DNA from: an uncultured virus (IMG/VR IMGVR_UViG_2724679134_000002)
Taxonomy: Duplodnaviria; Heunggongvirae; Uroviricota; Caudoviricetes
IMG/VR virus record: IMGVR_UViG_2724679134_000002
DNA length: 64,000 nucleotides
Strand: one strand, 5' to 3'
Position numbers and translations under genes: made by a program. Position 1 is the stretch's first letter, and each line of letters starts with the position of its first letter. Under the pieces are notes generated by a model, which was given only the letters and a program-made list of their open reading frames with translations, was not told the origin of the DNA and made no database searches. This document shows positions 59,653 to 64,000 of this stretch, in pieces.

Positions 59653-60078
59653 ATGAAAAACACATTTTTATATATTAGATGGGAAGACCTACATGGTGAA
59701 ATAGGTGTTGATTCTTTCAATCTTCTTAAAGCCAGTTACTCTAATTTGACTGTAAAAGAACTTGTGGAATTAATTAAAGAATTGATTTATGAAGAACGTG
59801 AGGATGTTGCTGCGAAATGCGACTTTATTTTAAGTGAAGATAATCCAGTGTTTAATGATCGTCAACATGTAATTTACAAAGGGATAGCAGGAAGCATAAA
59901 CTACAAAGACTTGTTGCTTTCTTTAGCAACTACACTGGACATGACTAATAGTTTTGATCACGCGCAAAATGTTCTTTACTTTGCTAAGTGTTTAAGAAGT
60001 TTTGATAGAGAGATCTGCGACAAATTTGTAAAAGATATCGCCGAAGAGGTTTATCACAATCTAAAACATGGTGCATAG
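59653..60078 (+). CDS. yopJ: YopJ-like protein
   Basis: 141 aa directly upstream of aimR; AAGGAG RBS. Confidence 0.65.
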   Translation: MKNTFLYIRWEDLHGEIGVDSFNLLKASYSNLTVKELVELIKELIYEEREDVAAKCDFILSEDNPVFNDRQHVIYKGIAGSINYKDLLLSLATTLDMTNSFDHAQNVLYFAKCLRSFDREICDKFVKDIAEEVYHNLKHGA

Positions 60079-60133
60079 ACGGAAATATGAAGAGGTAATA
60101 ACTACTGCACAATGAGGGTTAACCCTCATTGTG

Positions 60134-60161
60134 TCTAAATAAAATAAGAATTTTATTTAGA
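60134..60161. repeat. Perfect copy of the dispersed 28-bp 11-6-11 palindrome
   Basis: TCTAAATAAAA-TAAGAA-TTTTATTTAGA; at least 14 related copies elsewhere (see findings). Confidence 0.9.
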
Positions 60162-60165
60162 ATTC

Positions 60166-60220
60166 AAATATAAAAAATAAGTATATTTTCATTGACTGGA
60201 TTGGCCAAATCCTGTATTAT
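60166..60220 (+). promoter_or_regulatory. aimR sigA promoter with an upstream AAATATAAAAAATAAGTAT box
   Basis: TTGACT-N17-TATTAT (60192-60220); box 60166-60184 is identical to 45648-45666. Confidence 0.75.
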
Positions 60221-60266
60221 TAAGTTATCAAATAAAGAACATACATAAATGAAAAGAGGGGAAGTA

Positions 60267-61427
60267 ATGGAACTTATAAGAAAAGCTATGAGGAAAGACT
60301 TAGAAAATGATAAAACACTCATGAGTAAATGGGCTACGGTAGCTGGACTTAAAAATCCAAATCCTCTTTACGATTTTCTAAATCATGATGGAAAGACTTT
60401 TAGTGAGTTTTCCACGTTGGTGAATATTGTGAAGAGTCAGTACCCTGACCGAGAATATGAACTTATGGAAAATTATTGTCTGATGCTTGACCCCAAGACT
60501 AAAGCTGCAAGAAGTGCCTTGGAATACGCAGATGCCAACAGTTTTAATGATCTAACTGATAAGCTGGTTGATAAAATGAGTATTTCCTCAAATCTGAAAA
60601 GCAAAGAGTACGGAAAAATTTACGGGATACATAGGAAGCTATCAAAAGGAGAAATAGATGTTCTTGAAGCAACAAAAAATATTGGGAAACAGAGAATTAA
60701 AACTGATGAAATGAATATCTTTTCAAAAATGATTCCCATGTACGATTATTTAAGTAAAGGAAATTTCTCTCCGATGAAGCCTTTGCTTAAGCAAATTAAC
60801 CTTAATGAGATTAAAGAAAATAAGTATCTGAAAAAGTCGTTTGTAACTCGTATAAACGTTCTTTTATCTAATATGTACTTAAATGAAAATAAACTTGAAT
60901 TGTGCAGAGAATATGCAAAAAAAGCGATTCAATCAACTAGCACTAAACGATTTTTGGTTTTTAGTTATTTAACAATAGGGACGTCTTACATTTTTTCAGA
61001 CTACAATTTAAGTCGGCAGAATTATTTATCTGGCTACGAGATTTCTAAAGGTAACAATGTATTTGAAGAATTCTTTAAAAGGAATTTGAGTTTTTTAAAT
61101 AACTATTGGAATAAAGAAAATTCATGGATCAACTATGACTCAGACGCAGTGACTGATGTCCAAGAAGTTATTTTTGAACTAATCAACCAAAGAAAATTGG
61201 AGAAAGCTTTAACTTTGCTAAATGGTCTTGAAACAAAAAAGCAAAATGAAAATGAGCTAGGATTTCATTATTACTTAGAGGGTCTTATAACAAATGATAA
61301 AGAAGCATTCTACAAATCGATTGAATATTTTAAACTTTCACAAGACAAGCTATTTATTAAAATGCCACTCATTAAATTGGAGAATATGGGTGAGAATCCT
61401 AGGCTGTTAAAAATTATTTCTATGTAA
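60267..61427 (+). CDS. aimR: Arbitrium receptor AimR
   Basis: 386 aa from MELIRKAMRKDLENDKTLMSKWATVAGLKNPNPLYDFLNHDGKTF (HTH) plus TPRs; followed by the peptide gene. Confidence 0.95.
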   Translation: MELIRKAMRKDLENDKTLMSKWATVAGLKNPNPLYDFLNHDGKTFSEFSTLVNIVKSQYPDREYELMENYCLMLDPKTKAARSALEYADANSFNDLTDKLVDKMSISSNLKSKEYGKIYGIHRKLSKGEIDVLEATKNIGKQRIKTDEMNIFSKMIPMYDYLSKGNFSPMKPLLKQINLNEIKENKYLKKSFVTRINVLLSNMYLNENKLELCREYAKKAIQSTSTKRFLVFSYLTIGTSYIFSDYNLSRQNYLSGYEISKGNNVFEEFFKRNLSFLNNYWNKENSWINYDSDAVTDVQEVIFELINQRKLEKALTLLNGLETKKQNENELGFHYYLEGLITNDKEAFYKSIEYFKLSQDKLFIKMPLIKLENMGENPRLLKIISM

Positions 61428-61453
61428 TTCAATAACTGAAAGGAGGTGAGAAT

Positions 61454-61582
61454 ATGAAAAAAATCTTTATGGGAATCACAATCGCAGCGGTTCTAATGTT
61501 TTCTTACGCATCAGTCAAATTAGCTTCAAATGAACAAACTTTAGGCGATTATGAGGTTGCTGGTGTTGTACGTGGAGCATAG
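61454..61582 (+). CDS. aimP: Arbitrium pre-peptide AimP (42 aa; predicted mature peptide GVVRGA; not in ORF track)
   Basis: MKKIFMGITIAAVLMFSYASVKLASNEQTLGDYEVAGVVRGA; AAGGAGGTG RBS; C-terminal RGA. Confidence 0.93.
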   Translation: MKKIFMGITIAAVLMFSYASVKLASNEQTLGDYEVAGVVRGA

Positions 61583-61650
61583 TCATTGACACATATAATG
61601 ACATAGAGTATCATTTACTTAATTAAATTAACCAAAGGAACAAGTGGAAG

Positions 61651-61684
61651 AGACGTTTGGCTCATTGAGCTAAGCGTCTTTTGT
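61651..61684 (+). terminator. Intrinsic terminator downstream of aimP
   Basis: AGACGTTTGGCTC-ATT-GAGCTAAGCGTCT followed by a T-run. Confidence 0.75.
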
Positions 61685-61696
61685 AATTTAAAGACC

Positions 61697-61733
61697 ATCA
61701 CGAGATAAATCCATTTTCGCATAACTAAGGGAT
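61697..61733. promoter_or_regulatory. Putative AimR operator
   Basis: ATCACG-N25-AGGGAT, same geometry as the SPbeta AimR box ATCACT-N25-AGTGAT. Confidence 0.7.
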
Positions 61734-61929
61734 GGAAATAGAATAAGCATACTAACATCAATACATAACAGCCCTAGGACTAACTGAATAATGATTAAGC
61801 ACATTCGAAAAAAATTGAAAAAGAATGTGCTATTTGTCGTTAAAACATCTTTACTTATCCATCCTAATGGATTAAAATGAGTTTAGATATCAAATACAAA
61901 AAATAAGTATTAATTTAGGAGTGTGGAAT

Positions 61930-62130
61930 ATGTCAGCAATTCAATACTTGCAAAGCAGCATGACATTACATAAAAATATTTATCAGAAAAAAGTTAGTGC
62001 TATTGTGCAGGACGATTTCTTTGCTTACGAAAAGAAAATTGAAAAAGAAAATATAAAGAGAAGTAAGGGAATCAGAAAGGATCTCACTAAAGGATATATT
62101 AAGATGCTAAGTGCCCAAAAGGAGGACTAA
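61930..62130 (+). CDS. yopM: YopM-like protein (first gene of the repressor operon)
   Basis: 66 aa from ATG 61930; promoter TTTACT-N17-TAAAAT at 61850-61878 and a box at 61892-61910. Confidence 0.7.
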   Translation: MSAIQYLQSSMTLHKNIYQKKVSAIVQDDFFAYEKKIEKENIKRSKGIRKDLTKGYIKMLSAQKED

Positions 62131-62474
62131 TGGTAATGCAAGTAGTAAACTTTAAGTCTGCAAAGGAGAAGAAGAGCAGATATGAAGAGATTGATGAAAG
62201 CTTTGCTAATATGGCCAAGCAAACATATCTAGACAGTATCCTTAATATCAGAAAAATGATACTTAATGCAAAAACAGAAAATGATTTAAGATTAGCGAAG
62301 ATGGAAGTTAATGCATTGCAACGGGATATTGACCGAGTTCTTTTAGGCGGAGATGGATTATCCAGAAGTGCTGATTGTAATCCACATTTTAATTCATTGT
62401 TAATTTTCATTACTCAATTAAAAAAACATATTTCAAATGAATTTGAGCAGTTTATCTATAAACCACAACTGTAA
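62130..62474 (+). CDS. yopN: YopN-like protein (sro operon)
   Basis: AAGGAGG RBS, coupled to yopM; synteny. Confidence 0.65.
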   Translation: MVMQVVNFKSAKEKKSRYEEIDESFANMAKQTYLDSILNIRKMILNAKTENDLRLAKMEVNALQRDIDRVLLGGDGLSRSADCNPHFNSLLIFITQLKKHISNEFEQFIYKPQL

Positions 62475-62526
62475 GTTGAATTAGGCATTATCCTTATTAT
62501 ACATATTGCTATATAAGGGGGATTCT

Positions 62527-62733
62527 ATGTCAAAGCTGATAAAAAAGCTGATGGAGAAACGTAACATAACAATTGAACGGATGTCCGAGGAAACGATGAT
62601 TGATATTGTAAGTCTTAAAAGAATCATCGATGAACCAGATGAGGGAGATGTTGTTTCCATGAAGCTTATTGCTTTGGTATTGGATGTCTCTATTGATGAT
62701 TTATTAAACGATTCAAAACGAAGGGAGGAATAA
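62527..62733 (+). CDS. yopO: YopO-like XRE-family HTH regulator
   Basis: LMEKRNITIERMSEET..IALVLDVSIDDLL. Confidence 0.8.
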   Translation: MSKLIKKLMEKRNITIERMSEETMIDIVSLKRIIDEPDEGDVVSMKLIALVLDVSIDDLLNDSKRREE

Positions 62734-62737
62734 TCAA

Positions 62738-63820
62738 TTGAACGCAGAAGTTAAATCAATAAAGAATTATAAAGTATTTAATGACATTATGAGCTATCTC
62801 TACAGTAAGGATATAGCCAGCAGCTCAGGGAATTCAAAGTATCTTCCGCAAGATGCAACAAGTATATCCAACACAAGAAAGAATTATACTGGAGATATAA
62901 AAAACTTCTTTCGAACTCTAAAAGAAAAAGAAATAGAACATTTAACTGAAAATGATTTAGTAATTTCGAAAAGTGAATTGACTAGTTACATCAAACATCT
63001 TCAAAATGAAGGACTAGTAAACAAAACCATTAAAAGAAAACTAACTGCTGTTAAAATGCTTTACAAATACCTTAATCATGATTATAAAGAATATGTAGAT
63101 TTAAGTGTGTTTGATACTGTAGGAAAGTTGAAAACAATAGATAGAAACTGGGGCAGAACAAACAAAGAAGAGGCAGACTTAATAGCTGAAGATTTATTTA
63201 TAAATGAACGACAAAAACCTTTGATGAAAAAGCTTTTTGTAAAGGCAGCTACTAGAACTTCTTTTCGTTTAAATGCTCTTTTAAGAATTAGATGGTGTGA
63301 TCTTGAACATGATGCTCACACAGGGCATTATGTGGTAACAGTTATTGATAAAGGATCAAGAGTAGTTACAACGGGTATAAACCAGGTGTTTTACGAAGAG
63401 CTGTCACAGCTAAGAGAAGAGAACTCGCTCGAAACAGACTGTGTCTTTAAAGGACTTTCTGAACAATCAGTAAGAGACTCTTTAAAGCGTTCAAAAGAGA
63501 GGCTGGGCATCCCTCCAGAAAGAGACCTGAAATTTCATTCGTTTAAAGGCGTTGGTATTGATTATGTTTATGAGCATACTGGCCACGATCTATTAGCAGC
63601 AAGGGAACAGGGAAATCACAGCAATGTTTCAACTACCGAGAGGTATATGAGCAAAAGAAGCGATATTACAAACTCAGCTGGTGTAACTATGGATGAAGAA
63701 ATTGATATTAGACCCCTATACGAAGCAAGCAAAGAGGATTTTATCTCTTATTTTGAAAATATAGAACCGGTGGCACTAAAAAAATTCCTTAAATTCTTAT
63801 CGGAATCAAATGGAAATTGA
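62738..63820 (+). CDS. yopP: YopP tyrosine-recombinase-fold protein (sro operon)
   Basis: TSFRLNALL, DKG, FHSFK, GNHSNVSTTERY. Confidence 0.85.
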   Translation: MNAEVKSIKNYKVFNDIMSYLYSKDIASSSGNSKYLPQDATSISNTRKNYTGDIKNFFRTLKEKEIEHLTENDLVISKSELTSYIKHLQNEGLVNKTIKRKLTAVKMLYKYLNHDYKEYVDLSVFDTVGKLKTIDRNWGRTNKEEADLIAEDLFINERQKPLMKKLFVKAATRTSFRLNALLRIRWCDLEHDAHTGHYVVTVIDKGSRVVTTGINQVFYEELSQLREENSLETDCVFKGLSEQSVRDSLKRSKERLGIPPERDLKFHSFKGVGIDYVYEHTGHDLLAAREQGNHSNVSTTERYMSKRSDITNSAGVTMDEEIDIRPLYEASKEDFISYFENIEPVALKKFLKFLSESNGN

Positions 63821-63911
63821 TTAATAATGACTATTTTTTATATTTCTCTTGATAATAAAGTGTCCCTTTGGTAACTTTATTTTAGCAACATGACATGAGG
63901 TGAAAGCAATA

Positions 63912-64000
63912 ATGACAGTGATCTTTGACGAGGCAGCAAATGAGAAATTGCTCTCCGAAATGAGAGATGTGTTTTCTAAAAGAAAGCATATAAGATCTTT
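63912..64000 (+). CDS. yopQ: YopQ-like protein, 5' fragment (runs off the window)
   Basis: GAGGTG RBS, MTVIFDEAANEKLLSEMRDVFSKRKHIRS..; synteny. Confidence 0.65.
   Translation, partial: MTVIFDEAANEKLLSEMRDVFSKRKHIRS

Larger units (their letters stand above)
1..64000. mobile_element. SPbeta-like temperate phage/prophage (internal segment)
   Basis: Gene order yolD-uvrX ... lysis-yomE..yomZ-yonA..yonO-yonT-yonV ... aimR-aimP-yopM..yopQ matches SPbeta; YonO RNA polymerase and arbitrium are hallmarks; no host genes or att site seen. Confidence 0.97.

Noticed and set aside
61583..61929. aimX protein-coding gene
   Set aside because: Only very short ORFs (for example MEIE) are visible after the AimR box.
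62738..63820. YopP or YomM as the prophage att integrase
   Set aside because: No att site or host junction is in the window, SPbeta-like phages integrate with a serine recombinase encoded elsewhere, and yopP sits in the repressor operon.

Overview
The whole window is the central part of an SPbeta-like temperate phage or prophage of a Bacillus subtilis-group host; no att site or serine integrase is inside it. From left to right it holds: yolD-uvrX; a Rap-Phr signalling cassette where SPbeta carries its sublancin cluster; the lysis genes; the minus-strand tail and head cluster (tail spike, CwlP/YomI tape measure, YomM tyrosine recombinase, capsid, portal, terminase); yonJ-yonK; a gene-free, highly structured 1.5 kb stretch; HU; the single-subunit RNA polymerase YonO; the yonT/yoyJ/SR6 type I TA locus; yonV; an LPD29 protein plus methyltransferase; a run of small accessory genes; arbitrium aimR-aimP (predicted peptide GVVRGA); and the start of the yopM-yopQ (sro) repressor operon. 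Two signals are not explained by this gene list. (1) At least 15 copies of a 28-bp, dif-like 11-6-11 pseudo-palindrome (core TAAAA-N6-TTTTA) sit at gene and module boundaries, and one abuts the yomM recombinase gene. This suggests a phage-encoded gene-cassette shuffling system. (2) The 39.2-40.7 kb stretch looks like an array of structured RNA modules: a tRNA mimic, tandem covarying pseudoknot and hairpin repeats, and anti-Shine-Dalgarno loops. These may be RNA decoys or regulators. Both functional readings are inference. SPbeta gene names come from recalled sequence similarity, size and synteny, not from a database search.
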